Counted from the first letter of the stretch, positions 10,431 through 19,474 are shown. The stretch: DNA of 64,000 bases from Candidatus Magasanikiibacteriota bacterium (GCA_052033375.1 JBPOJQ010000014.1:342-64341), one strand, 5' to 3'. Notes: generated from the letters alone by a model not told the origin. Numbers and translations: made by a program.

Positions 10431-10483
10431 AGGATCTAAGCATAGCGAAAAAAAGACTGGATTTCAACCAGTCTTTTTTTCTG

Positions 10484-11464
10484 TTAATTTTGGGGACGTT
10501 CTTGAAGAGGAAGTATAGGACGAAGTTGTTTCTGCCCTCTACCAGACTCATCTTCTTCACGTTCTTCTTCACGTGCCTCTGTCCGTTTTTCGATTCGTTC
10601 GGACTTGCGTACGTCTTCAGAACTGTCATCTGCTTTTTCTCTTTCTTTAATTTTTTGCTTCAATTCTTCTCTACCTTCTTTTCTCTCCTCAATATTTATT
10701 TTAATCTCGGTGCGACGATCTTCTCGGAGGGTCTGCAATTCTTCTTTTGCAGAATCATCCCCCGATTTTATTCGGTCTAAAAGCACTTTTTGTTCATTTC
10801 TGAATTCTTGTACTTCTTCCACATGATCTTCAATACGAGCCTTCACTTCTTTTAGATGTTCTCGTACTTCTTCAGGGATAGTACTATTTTCAAGCGAATT
10901 CAAAAGTTCTTGTCTTTTTTGCTCTGCCTGCAGACGCATATTTTCTACACGCTCGAGCTGTTCAGGTGTAAGTTTTTTCTCTAATTTTGAGAAAAATTCT
11001 TCTCTATGTTCTTTAAAATTAATTAAATTTTTCAACAAAAGCTTTGCCCGTGCATCTGGATTTTCCAAAAGCTTTTCTTTAACACTATCTGCACGCTCTT
11101 CCAATTCCCCAGCTCGTTTAATCACCCGATCAAGACGTGCTTGCACTTTTGGATCATCTGTCTTTTCCGCCATTTTTTCTGCAATCCGAGTTCGTTCTTC
11201 GGCAAATTTAAGCGCTTTTTCTGCTTTTTTTACCGGATCAAACGTGGTCAGAAGTGACACACGCTCTCGAATACCTAAGAAAAACAAACCCCAACCACTT
11301 ACCTCATCAGATGCTTCTGCCTCTCCGCTGGTAGCAGAGCTGGCGGTTACGTCTGATGAAGTCTCGGTTGTAGTCCCGTCCACTTGCGCCCGAACCAATG
11401 ATGGTGAGCCTACTAATAGGACCCCGAATACTACCACACACACACGATAGATAAACTTATTCAT
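10484..11464 (-). CDS. secreted, highly charged coiled-coil protein
   Basis: 326 aa; N-terminal signal peptide (…VLLVGSPSLVRAQ) then long E/K/R-rich heptad-like region; no enzymatic motif. Confidence 0.5.
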   Translation of the reverse strand: MNKFIYRVCVVVFGVLLVGSPSLVRAQVDGTTTETSSDVTASSATSGEAEASDEVSGWGLFFLGIRERVSLLTTFDPVKKAEKALKFAEERTRIAEKMAEKTDDPKVQARLDRVIKRAGELEERADSVKEKLLENPDARAKLLLKNLINFKEHREEFFSKLEKKLTPEQLERVENMRLQAEQKRQELLNSLENSTIPEEVREHLKEVKARIEDHVEEVQEFRNEQKVLLDRIKSGDDSAKEELQTLREDRRTEIKINIEERKEGREELKQKIKEREKADDSSEDVRKSERIEKRTEAREEEREEDESGRGQKQLRPILPLQERPQN

Positions 11465-11815
11465 AATAATATAGAAAAATATAAGTGATGAAAGCAGCCC
11501 GGGTGGGCTGCTCCACTTCTATCACCTGATAGCGAGACGAGGAACAAAGATAAATACTGCAAGTGCAATAGCTACCCCTGTTGCGAGATAATAATATACT
11601 AAAGAAAACTCAGACTTTACGGCGTCTGTGGCCATATATTTGTGTTGCATATGTTTTTATGTTTGTTTTAAGGCGCAAGATTTTGCGTCTGTACTTTTTT
11701 GTATATTGTATGTTGCAACGTTATATACTATACCACAAAAAAGTGCTTTTGTCAATCCCAAAAAAACTGTTTTATAGAAAAAAAATACTAATTTTGTTAT
11801 GATGTGTGTACATGA

Positions 11816-12220
11816 ATGCCACAAAAAACAAATAGCAAGGAACAAAATACAAAAAATATAATTACTGATGATTATATGATCAGCAAAACCAATCCTTTAT
11901 ACGCAAAAGCTGATTTACTTGCAAAAACAGTGTACAACGTTACCCGATCTTTTCCAAAAGATGAGTCGTATGGGATGACGTCTCAAATACGTCGAGCAGC
12001 ACTGTCAGTTATTCTTAATATTATTGAGGGTTTCGCTCGCCAAGGTCCTGCTGAATACAGGAGATTTCTCATCATTTCATATGGATCACTTAAAGAAACT
12101 GCCTATCTCATAGACTTTGCAGAAGAGCAAGGATATCTTAATGCTACTTCTCATGATAAGCTACTTCTACTTACTGAAGAATTAGGAAAAATACTCTGGT
12201 CTATCATTCATAAATCTTAA
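11816..12220 (+). CDS. four-helix-bundle protein (23S rRNA intervening-sequence protein family)
   Basis: 134 aa; …AKADLLAKTVYNVTRSFPKDESYGMTSQIRRAALSVILNIIEG…SLKETAYLIDFA… matches the widespread 'four helix bundle protein' family. Confidence 0.7.
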   Translation: MPQKTNSKEQNTKNIITDDYMISKTNPLYAKADLLAKTVYNVTRSFPKDESYGMTSQIRRAALSVILNIIEGFARQGPAEYRRFLIISYGSLKETAYLIDFAEEQGYLNATSHDKLLLLTEELGKILWSIIHKS

Positions 12221-12252
12221 TTTGTTTTTTGTTCCTTGCTATTTGCTTTTTT

Positions 12253-13257
12253 ATGCCCACTCTCTCACAATACAAAACTGATTTTCTCGAACATCTCGAA
12301 ATTGAAAAAAATCGAAGTGACAAAACTACCAAAAACTACGATTTTTACCTCAAACGTTTTGTTGAATGGTTCGGGGAAAGCAAAAAACCTTCTGAAATCA
12401 CCTATGAGGATGTTCGTCAATTCAGACTCTGGCTACATAGACTTGTAGACGTACATGGCGAACCTCTCAAAAAAAACACACAGAACTACCACCTGATTGC
12501 ACTCCGAACATTTCTCAAATATCTTGCCAAGCGAGACGTGCCAACGCTCCCAGCAGAAAAAATTGAACTCATGAAGATGCCTGATCGAGAAGTATCTTTT
12601 CTTGACGGAAGTGATCTCAATCGTATCCTTGAAGCTCCACTCAAAAATATTAATACGAAAAAACTTGAGGCAGAAGGAAGTAAGATTTCCGCAGGACCCA
12701 CCCTCTTAATTGCCTATCGAGATAAATCTATTCTCGAATTACTATTTTCTACTGGACTTCGTGTGTCAGAATTGATAAAACTCAAAAAAGATGATGTGAA
12801 TCTGAAACGCGATGAGTTTACCGTTGTCGGTAAAGGACGTAAAGCTCGCGTCGTCTTTCTTTCTGAACAGGCAAAATATTTTCTCAAAAAATATTTAGAT
12901 CTTCGAAATGATATTCACCCTTATCTCTTTGTTTCTCATGACAAACGCACTAACAAACATGAAGTTGCAAAGAATTCCTCAAAAAACACTCCAGATGAAC
13001 CTCTGACTCCACGCTCAGTGCAGCGCCTGGTCCAAAAGCATGCCCGTGAGGCAGGAATAACCAAACCTGTGACTCCTCATACCATGAGGCATTCCTATGC
13101 CACCGATTTGCTCCAAAATGGGGCTGACATACGGAGTGTGCAATCAATGCTTGGACATGCGTCGATTACCACTACCCAAATCTATACCCACATTACTGAC
13201 AAAGAATTGCTTAATATACACAAAAAATTTCATGGAAAGAAACGAAAAGACGATTGA
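12253..13257 (+). CDS. tyrosine site-specific recombinase (XerC/XerD family)
   Basis: C-terminal catalytic motifs …HTMRHSYATDLLQNGADIRSVQSMLGHASITTTQIYTHI…; N-terminal SAM-like core-binding domain; ORF track starts at 12229, MPTLSQYK at 12253 avoids overlap with upstream gene; directly upstream of tRNA-Arg. Confidence 0.85.
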   Translation: MPTLSQYKTDFLEHLEIEKNRSDKTTKNYDFYLKRFVEWFGESKKPSEITYEDVRQFRLWLHRLVDVHGEPLKKNTQNYHLIALRTFLKYLAKRDVPTLPAEKIELMKMPDREVSFLDGSDLNRILEAPLKNINTKKLEAEGSKISAGPTLLIAYRDKSILELLFSTGLRVSELIKLKKDDVNLKRDEFTVVGKGRKARVVFLSEQAKYFLKKYLDLRNDIHPYLFVSHDKRTNKHEVAKNSSKNTPDEPLTPRSVQRLVQKHAREAGITKPVTPHTMRHSYATDLLQNGADIRSVQSMLGHASITTTQIYTHITDKELLNIHKKFHGKKRKDD

Positions 13258-13295
13258 CAAATGATCAGTTTAAGATTACACTCTTCAAGCATTAA

Positions 13296-13368
13296 GAGCC
13301 CATAGTTCAGTGGATAGAACACTAGCCTTCTAAGCTGGATACGCAGGTTCGATTCCTGCTGGGCTCAC
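13296..13368 (+). tRNA. tRNA-Arg (anticodon TCT)
   Basis: Manual cloverleaf: acceptor GAGCCCA/TGGGCTC, D-arm GTTC…GAAC, anticodon stem CTAGC/GCTGG with loop CTTCTAA, T-arm GCAGG TTCGATT CCTGC. Confidence 0.85.
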
Positions 13369-13377
13369 ACATGACAT

Positions 13378-13406
13378 CTGCTCGCCTTAGGCGAGCAGAT
13401 TTTTTA
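13378..13406 (+). terminator. rho-independent terminator after tRNA-Arg
   Basis: CTGCTCGCC-TTAG-GCGAGCAG hairpin followed by TTTTTTATT. Confidence 0.55.
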
Positions 13407-13459
13407 TTGACAAAAGATACTCTACACAGTAATTTCTATATGAGGAGGTTTCCACGAAA

Positions 13460-13708
13460 ATGAATAAAAACCAAAAGAATCCGCCCACAGAAGTACTGGG
13501 GTGTAATCGATGTGGGTACCGAGTACCTGAAGGAGAGACCACTCTCAGAAAAGGTCAGCCGTGCCCCAATCGCAGAAAATTCACCGACGGAGCGCGCTAC
13601 ACGGGTATCTACCAACATCTGTACGCTGGTCGCGAGAATCTTGAACCCACACGCGTACCCATGTGCCTACACGGCACACTCCGGTACATTCGGGTCAATT
13701 CTCTCTAG
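13460..13708 (+). CDS. hypothetical small protein on a GC-rich islet
   Basis: 82-aa ORF preceded by GAGGAGG 12 nt upstream of ATG; local composition visibly more GC-rich than flanks; CxxC…CP pattern but no confident family. Confidence 0.35.
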   Translation: MNKNQKNPPTEVLGCNRCGYRVPEGETTLRKGQPCPNRRKFTDGARYTGIYQHLYAGRENLEPTRVPMCLHGTLRYIRVNSL

Positions 13709-13853
13709 ACGACATCGCGTCTTTTCTCACCCGACACAGTAAGTGGTGTCCGTCGTGGAAGCAAGACAAGCCACCTCGACGTTATCAGCTTTGTAGCTAT
13801 ACAAGTTTGATAATGGGTGGCTTGTTTTTTCTACTCTTGCAATTACTATCTAT

Positions 13854-14633
13854 TTGCGCAATACTACCTACAGTTTCCTATTATTCTTAACTTACACAAC
13901 ATGTATGTGGGAAATTCTATCTGTGGCCCTATTTGTCATATTAATCAGCGTACGACAAGTAAACCAATACCAGCGCGGTGTAAAATTTCAGTTGGGTAAA
14001 TATGTCAAAATCGTAGAACCTGGATGGAGATTGGTTTTTCCTATTTTCCAGAGCATGCAAAAGGTAGATATTCGCACCAAGGCAGTTGATGTGCCCTACC
14101 AGGAAGCAATTACCAAAGATAACGTATCTGCAAAAATTAATGCTGTTATCTACTACCGCGTAGCTGATGCAGCAAAAGCAGTCCTCGAAGTGGAAAATTT
14201 CTGGTTTGCAGTATCACAGCTAGCACAAACCACCATGCGAAATGTGGTTGGACAACTCGAGCTCGATGAATTACTTGCTCGACGAGAAGAAGCTGCTAAA
14301 AAAATCCGTGAAATTATTGATGTAGCAACAGACGTATGGGGTATCAAAGTCGAAACGGTTGAATTAAAAGACATCACCCTTCCTGATGATATGCAGCGCG
14401 TAATTGCAAAACAGGCTGAAGCTGAACGTGAGAAACGCTCAGTAATCATCAAAGCAGAGGGAGAAATTGCTGCTGCTGAAAATATTGCAAAAGCAGCCCG
14501 TATGCTCTCTGATGCACCTGGAGCACTCCATCTTCGCACACTCAGCACGATTAATGATGTCAGTTCTGATCAATCCAACACTATCATTTTTGCAGTTCCT
14601 CTTGAGGTGCTTCGTTCATTTGAAAAAAAATAA
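13854..14633 (+). CDS. SPFH/band-7 (stomatin/prohibitin-like) membrane protein
   Basis: N-terminal TM helix then …QYQRGVKFQLGKYVKIVEPGWRLVFPIFQSMQKVDIRTKAVDV… and …IKVETVELKDITLPDDMQRVIAKQAEAEREKRS… typical of SPFH domain. Confidence 0.8.
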   Translation: MRNTTYSFLLFLTYTTCMWEILSVALFVILISVRQVNQYQRGVKFQLGKYVKIVEPGWRLVFPIFQSMQKVDIRTKAVDVPYQEAITKDNVSAKINAVIYYRVADAAKAVLEVENFWFAVSQLAQTTMRNVVGQLELDELLARREEAAKKIREIIDVATDVWGIKVETVELKDITLPDDMQRVIAKQAEAEREKRSVIIKAEGEIAAAENIAKAARMLSDAPGALHLRTLSTINDVSSDQSNTIIFAVPLEVLRSFEKK

Positions 14634-14663
14634 CGATTACACTCAATCTAGACTTTTCTACAC

Positions 14664-14689
14664 AAACCCTCTTCATGAGAAGAGGGTTT
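14664..14689 (+). terminator. hairpin (possible terminator) after SPFH gene
   Basis: AAACCCTCTTC-ATGA-GAAGAGGGTTT perfect 11-bp stem; weak U-tract. Confidence 0.35.
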
Positions 14690-14778
14690 GTAATATGATT
14701 GACAAAAGTGACACGTTTATATATACTCTTCAACACGTTTATACGGGTGTATACAGTGACAATTAAGCGATATAGTGG

Positions 14779-14853
14779 GGTGGCTATGGTGTAATGGTAG
14801 CACAGGAGATTGTGGCTCTCCTAGCACGGGTTCAATTCCCGTTAGTCACCCCA
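14779..14853 (+). tRNA. tRNA-His (anticodon GTG) with G-1 and encoded CCA
   Basis: Manual fold: G(-1)+GTGGCTA acceptor pairing TAGTCAC, discriminator C then CCA; D-arm GTGT/GCAC; anticodon stem GGAGA/TCTCC with loop TTGTGGC; T-arm ACGGG TTCAATT CCCGT. Confidence 0.85.
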
Positions 14854-15025
14854 GTGTACCGCTTCATGTATCATCTATCGTATCAGACGGACCAAACTCC
14901 TTGCATCGGCTCAATTTCTGTGGATTGATCGTAAAAAATGTTTTTTTACAATACAACGCCGACTCAGCGTTGTATTGTTTTCCAAAAATTAGCTATACTT
15001 GCTACTATCATATTCTTTTGCATTT

Positions 15026-16144
15026 ATGCGGACAAAAGTACTCATTGTCTCACTCTCAGCAGGATCGGGACATCTCCAGACAGCTCGGGCTCTCGAAAAA
15101 GCTGCACTACTCGAATTTCCTGAACTTGAGTGTAGACATATCGATATCGCTGACTATATCACTCCATTGCTCAAAAAAGCTACTGTCGAAGGATACGACT
15201 TTCTGGCTGCACATATGCCAAAGGTGTGGTCCGGAATATTTCGACTTACCGATAATCAAACATTTGCCAAAACTTACCAGGCCCTCACCGGATATCTAAA
15301 AATGCTCAATTCATTCGACTTTCTACGCGAAGTAGAAAAATTCAAACCTGACCATATTATTACGACGCATTTCCTGCCTTCAGAAATTCTCGTACACGCC
15401 ATGAAAAAACAAGGTATTTCTATCCCGATTACCCAAATTATTACAGACTATGGAGTACACCCCATGATGATAATCAACGGTGTCACCAACTATGTGGTCA
15501 GCACACCACACATGAAAGAAGAATTGATTCATACGTATCATATTCCTCCCGCACATATATATGACTTTGGTATTCCAATTGATCCCGCTTTTTACCATAT
15601 ACCGCCTCTAGATCCCACTCGATCTAAATATCACATTCCTCACGACAAGCCACTTATTCTGCTCTTATCCGGCGGAAGTGGACTAATTGAGCTTTCAGAC
15701 ATTATTGAAGAATTATTTGCACACATACATACACCAATTACCATTGTTTCCGTGGCAGGAAAAAACAAAAAGCTTTTAGCTCGTATTTCAAAACTTATTC
15801 CTCCGGCACATATTACCTACAGGCCCATTGGGTGGACTGATCATATTCCACAACTCATGAAACTTTCTTCAGTTGTTATTAGTAAGCCAGGAGGCCTCAC
15901 GACTACAGAGTGTATGGCAACTGGCGTACCCCTCATCGCAATTCACCCCATCCCAGGACAAGAAGAATTTAATATTGCATACGTGAAAAAAAACCATCTT
16001 GGTGATTTTGCCCAAACCGCCACTGATATTCCACCTCTTGTCGACAATTATTTTTCAAAAAAATCTGCATACAAAAAACAGACTGTGGTGCAGTCTGGTC
16101 GACAACTTCTCACATGTATTATCCAATCAAAAATCAACCATTAA
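15026..16144 (+). CDS. glycosyltransferase, GT28-like (MGDG synthase/UgtP/MurG-like)
   Basis: MRTKVLIVSLSAGSGHLQTARAL… N-terminal motif of the MGDG-synthase/UgtP family; C-terminal GT-B half (…SKPGGLTTTECMATGVPLI…); ORF track start 14999. Confidence 0.65.
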   Translation: MRTKVLIVSLSAGSGHLQTARALEKAALLEFPELECRHIDIADYITPLLKKATVEGYDFLAAHMPKVWSGIFRLTDNQTFAKTYQALTGYLKMLNSFDFLREVEKFKPDHIITTHFLPSEILVHAMKKQGISIPITQIITDYGVHPMMIINGVTNYVVSTPHMKEELIHTYHIPPAHIYDFGIPIDPAFYHIPPLDPTRSKYHIPHDKPLILLLSGGSGLIELSDIIEELFAHIHTPITIVSVAGKNKKLLARISKLIPPAHITYRPIGWTDHIPQLMKLSSVVISKPGGLTTTECMATGVPLIAIHPIPGQEEFNIAYVKKNHLGDFAQTATDIPPLVDNYFSKKSAYKKQTVVQSGRQLLTCIIQSKINH

Positions 16145-16617
16145 TCAGGATAGAGCCCGTACGTATCTTGATTTATCTGTATAGTCGGATCATACCCCGG
16201 TGACATCGGATTATTAATGCTTCCATATATTCCCATATAAATAAAATAGGTAATGCTGTATGCACCAAGTATTAGCGCCACTCCAACCACACAGTACATC
16301 AATATTTTTTTTCCTACTTCAATTTTTTCTTCATTACCACTCGAGGTCATGATCAAAAATCCAGCGTATAGCGCGAGCACTACTGCAATAATACCAATCA
16401 CACTCAATGATGTCTTAATGAGTCGAGACACGATTATACGTGGGTCAGAGTATTTCAATTCCGCCCCTTTTTGTCCTGCAAATGCATTCAACTGGGCTTC
16501 CATTTCGGATCCCTGAAACTGACCTGGTTTTTGTTCAGCATACACCACCGATGAGATGCCCACAAATATGTGCAAGGCCACAAATGTGAACAGTATTATT
16601 TTTTTTATTGTATACAT
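16141..16617 (-). CDS. VirB2/TrbC-like 'T4SS-pilin' family small membrane protein (paralog 1 of 11)
   Basis: Signal peptide plus conserved C-terminal core …SVIGIIAVVLALYAGFLIMTSSGNEEKIEVGKKILMYCVVGVALILGAYSITYF…: two hydrophobic helices separated by a GN(E/D)EK loop. Confidence 0.6.
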   Translation of the reverse strand: MYTIKKIILFTFVALHIFVGISSVVYAEQKPGQFQGSEMEAQLNAFAGQKGAELKYSDPRIIVSRLIKTSLSVIGIIAVVLALYAGFLIMTSSGNEEKIEVGKKILMYCVVGVALILGAYSITYFIYMGIYGSINNPMSPGYDPTIQINQDTYGLYPD

Positions 16618-16634
16618 AGAAACATGTGCTGTGT

Positions 16635-17078
16635 TTATCCACTGCCGATTGTCTCTGCCAATATCCGGCTTGTAATAAAATTGGTGATACTGTACGCGGA
16701 CACAATAATTATCAATCCTATCACCGCGTATTCAATAATTTTTTTTGCCTTGGACACATTTTCATCATTTCCTGCTGCTGTAAACACTAAAAATCCTGCA
16801 TACACTATTAAAACTACAAATACTATCCCTAATAAGGAAAGTACTAGTTGTATTCCTTTTGCAACGGTGATCCGTATATCTTGCGCTTCGGTACCATACC
16901 CTGCTGCTTTCGATCCTGCATTCAATTGTCCCATGATATCTGGTCCACCAGTAGTAGTCGCACTAGCCTCTAATGGCAATCCACAGACCCCGCACACGAG
17001 GACACCGAGCATACACATAAGGAGAAATTTCTGTGTTTTTTTCATACAAAAGAGTCTGATTGATTTTTCAATACTCAC
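16635..17078 (-). CDS. VirB2/TrbC-like 'T4SS-pilin' family small membrane protein (paralog 2)
   Basis: …LSLLGIVFVVLIVYAGFLVFTAAGNDENVSKAKKIIEYAVIGLIIIVSAYSITNF… shared core; Sec-type signal peptide. Confidence 0.6.
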   Translation of the reverse strand: MSIEKSIRLFCMKKTQKFLLMCMLGVLVCGVCGLPLEASATTTGGPDIMGQLNAGSKAAGYGTEAQDIRITVAKGIQLVLSLLGIVFVVLIVYAGFLVFTAAGNDENVSKAKKIIEYAVIGLIIIVSAYSITNFITSRILAETIGSG

Positions 17079-17079
17079 A

Positions 17080-17490
17080 TTAAGGACTTGTGCTTGAAGA
17101 AGTTATTGATCCCTCAAGTACACGCGGTACAACAAATCGAGTAATACTGTATGCCGCCATCAAAATTATCAATCCTATTACTGCCCTACCAATAATATTT
17201 TTTGCCTTAGCCACCTGCTCATCCTCTCCTCGAGCGGTCATCCAGAGATAGCCAGCATACACAATAAGCACCGTGAATAACACCCCTAATATTGAAAATA
17301 GTACAGTGATAATACGACCAATATTTTCTGCTAACGTAGTTTCTGTTGCTTGCACATAGCCTGCTTGCGCACCTGCTTTATGCACGTCTTCGATACCAAG
17401 ATTTTGAGCATGCGTGGTGGTCACTAATAACCCACACACGAGTGTCCCAAGGATAAAACTTATTTTTTTAAATATTTGATGATATGACAT
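17080..17490 (-). CDS. VirB2/TrbC-like 'T4SS-pilin' family small membrane protein (paralog 3)
   Basis: …FSILGVLFTVLIVYAGYLWMTARGEDEQVAKAKNIIGRAVIGLIILMAAYSITRF…. Confidence 0.6.
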   Translation of the reverse strand: MSYHQIFKKISFILGTLVCGLLVTTTHAQNLGIEDVHKAGAQAGYVQATETTLAENIGRIITVLFSILGVLFTVLIVYAGYLWMTARGEDEQVAKAKNIIGRAVIGLIILMAAYSITRFVVPRVLEGSITSSSTSP

Positions 17491-17557
17491 AGTATAAAGT
17501 TGAAATTTTGACTATCAGTGACCTTTTGGCATCCACTCACTGCTCATCCAGGATTGT

Positions 17558-17950
17558 TTAATTTCCACTAAATCGTGATGTGATAAATACTGTAATGGCG
17601 TATGATGACACCACAATAAATAATCCCATTATTGATGATTTGATAATTTCTTTTGCCTTGTTCACCTGCTCATCCTCTCCTCGAGCGGTCATCCAGAGGT
17701 AGCCAGCATACACTGTAAGGACCAAAAATATAATGCCGACCAGACTCAACACTGTCTTTATCACATTGCCCACCACCGCAGATAAATCCGTTGGTACATT
17801 TCCACCAATGCCTTTTTGCACATTTTGTAAATTATTCCCCGCATTTCCGAGGTTCCCAGTTCCGATTACCGTGGCTGGTAGCGCAACAATACCTAGTACC
17901 AAAAGTACTACCTGTACACAAATTTTTTTATATACATCATTTTTTTTCAT
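17558..17950 (-). CDS. VirB2/TrbC-like 'T4SS-pilin' family small membrane protein (paralog 4)
   Basis: …LSLVGIIFLVLTVYAGYLWMTARGEDEQVNKAKEIIKSSIMGLFIVVSSYAITVF…; 50-bp segment nearly identical to paralog 3. Confidence 0.6.
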   Translation of the reverse strand: MKKNDVYKKICVQVVLLVLGIVALPATVIGTGNLGNAGNNLQNVQKGIGGNVPTDLSAVVGNVIKTVLSLVGIIFLVLTVYAGYLWMTARGEDEQVNKAKEIIKSSIMGLFIVVSSYAITVFITSRFSGN

Positions 17951-17961
17951 ACAGAGTTCAT

Positions 17962-18354
17962 TTATTTACCGAAATTGACTGCATTTGTTACAAATGTCGC
18001 TATAGCATATCCGCCGACAGTTATGATAAGACCAATTACTGCCGCAGTGAGTGTCTGACGAGATTTTGCTATTTTTTCTTCCTCACCTCGAGCTAAGAAC
18101 CATGTGATGCCCGCGTATAGGGTAAGCACAAAAAATAAAAGTCCCAACATCCCAAAAATCCACTGGGCCACGTTCCCCACATAGGTAGCTACCTCATTTT
18201 TTGGTAGCCCAGTCGGGGCAATTGTCGAATCAAGAGCAGATCCAGCATCTTCGATAGTTTTTTTTGCATGCGCATACCCCACTTGTACAAAACTTGCACC
18301 TATCACTACCAATGTATACGCAATAATAATACGAGATTTTATTCCCATACACAT
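17962..18354 (-). CDS. VirB2/TrbC-like 'T4SS-pilin' family small membrane protein (paralog 5)
   Basis: …FGMLGLLFFVLTLYAGITWFLARGEEEKIAKSRQTLTAAVIGLIITVGGYAIATF…; likely start at internal Met (18348) to avoid overlap. Confidence 0.55.
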   Translation of the reverse strand: MCMGIKSRIIIAYTLVVIGASFVQVGYAHAKKTIEDAGSALDSTIAPTGLPKNEVATYVGNVAQWIFGMLGLLFFVLTLYAGITWFLARGEEEKIAKSRQTLTAAVIGLIITVGGYAIATFVTNAVNFGK

Positions 18355-18941
18355 AATGTAGCATTTGCATTACAAGACACCTCATCTGTCAACGTAGGAC
18401 AAATTGTCTTACCTTTTGATTCGCATGAAGTTCCTATATATGAACACAGATTCCCCCCACTTTCGCACACATCTTTGTTTTCCTGTGCAGTTAAAGCGCT
18501 GTCAACCGATGTAAGACAACTCGCTTCAATTGCTTTTTTAGATGTACACTTTCTTACTGTTTCAGTATTTGTATTATTACCTGTGTTTGCTCCCAATTTA
18601 AACACAAAATTGGTCAATGCATAGGCCCCAATAATGATAATAATTCCAATTGTTGCCGCGATAATAGTATTCAATGCTTTCTCGGTCTGCTCTGAGCTCC
18701 CTCGGGCCGTCATCCACAAAATTCCTCCGTATAGTACGAGTACAAAAAAAAGTACTGAGATCATCGAGAGAAGCGTACCGATTACATTTCCAGCAATCGT
18801 TGGTACACTATTGCCGTACGTGTCGAGTTTTGCGGCGCCAGCAGTCTCATCAAGACCAAAATTTCCTGCCAACACCGTCGTACCTAATGCAAAAATCAAT
18901 ACTACTACACCGATTCCCGCGATAATATACGCTCTTCTCAT
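18339..18941 (-). CDS. VirB2/TrbC-like core with C-terminal Cys-rich extension (paralog 6)
   Basis: MRRAYIIAGIGVVVLIF… then …LSMISVLFFVLVLYGGILWMTARGSSEQTEKALNTIIAATIGIIIIIGAYALTNF… followed by ~85-aa tail with 8 Cys; start chosen at 18941 to avoid overlap with upstream gene. Confidence 0.55.
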   Translation of the reverse strand: MRRAYIIAGIGVVVLIFALGTTVLAGNFGLDETAGAAKLDTYGNSVPTIAGNVIGTLLSMISVLFFVLVLYGGILWMTARGSSEQTEKALNTIIAATIGIIIIIGAYALTNFVFKLGANTGNNTNTETVRKCTSKKAIEASCLTSVDSALTAQENKDVCESGGNLCSYIGTSCESKGKTICPTLTDEVSCNANATLCVWE

Positions 18942-18951
18942 AAAAAATTTA

Positions 18952-19380
18952 TTAAGGATACATGGGGCCGCACGATCCGGTGGTTTCACACAAAGATCGA
19001 AGAACAAAACTCATGATTGAATATGAAGTCATGATAATTATCAGTCCCATTACTGCTGCAAAAAGTATTTTCTTTGCCGTACCTACTTTTTCATCATTTC
19101 CCCCCGCTGTCATCCAGGTAAATCCGGCATATAGAATAATCACTACCGAAACAATCCCCAATAAACTCAACGCAAAATTAATAATCCGAATGGTGATAAT
19201 ACGTGGATCTTCACCACTTAATCCTGAATACTCAGTACCTGCGCAATCAAGTCCTAATACATCTCCAGGATTGTCTGTACCATCACATCCTTGGGCTAAT
19301 ACGGGTCTTGGGTGTAGTGTCACAAGGGTAATCAAAAAAATACCTGATAAGAGACACGTAAGAATTTTTTTTGTATTCAT
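18952..19380 (-). CDS. VirB2/TrbC-like 'T4SS-pilin' family small membrane protein (paralog 7)
   Basis: Signal peptide; Cys pair in N-terminal part (QGCDGTDNPGDVLGLDCAG); …LSLLGIVSVVIILYAGFTWMTAGGNDEKVGTAKKILFAAVMGLIIIMTSYSIMSF…. Confidence 0.6.
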   Translation of the reverse strand: MNTKKILTCLLSGIFLITLVTLHPRPVLAQGCDGTDNPGDVLGLDCAGTEYSGLSGEDPRIITIRIINFALSLLGIVSVVIILYAGFTWMTAGGNDEKVGTAKKILFAAVMGLIIIMTSYSIMSFVLRSLCETTGSCGPMYP

Positions 19381-19474
19381 AGCATTCTAAGAGGATCAAA
19401 GCCTTCACCAACCTTTTGAAGAATCGGTGAGGGCTCTGACACCCGTACGGGTGTAAGAGTGAGAAGCACATTAC

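Noticed and set aside
13512-13742. Alternative frame ORF in the first GC-rich islet
   Set aside because: No SD. The frame with GAGGAGG-N12-ATG (13460) is better supported.
13440-13830. GC-rich islands might be structured housekeeping RNAs (RNase P RNA, tmRNA, SRP RNA, 6S), which stand out as GC-rich in AT-rich genomes
   Set aside because: No P4-type GGAAAGUCC, no tmRNA tag-reading frame or tRNA-like 3' end, and no SRP GGAA tetraloop motif was found. The islands show clear triplet periodicity with C/G-ending codons and proper SD sequences, so they read as coding.
12253-13830. Integrase + tRNA as a prophage boundary
   Set aside because: No phage structural, replication or lysis genes follow. 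The downstream genes are an SPFH protein, tRNA-His and a glycosyltransferase. Only a ~380-bp GC-rich islet lies next to the tRNA.
14779-14853. Initial difficulty folding the second tRNA as a canonical 7-bp-acceptor tRNA
   Set aside because: Resolved by recognising the tRNA-His-specific extra G(-1):C73 pair. It is not a pseudogene.
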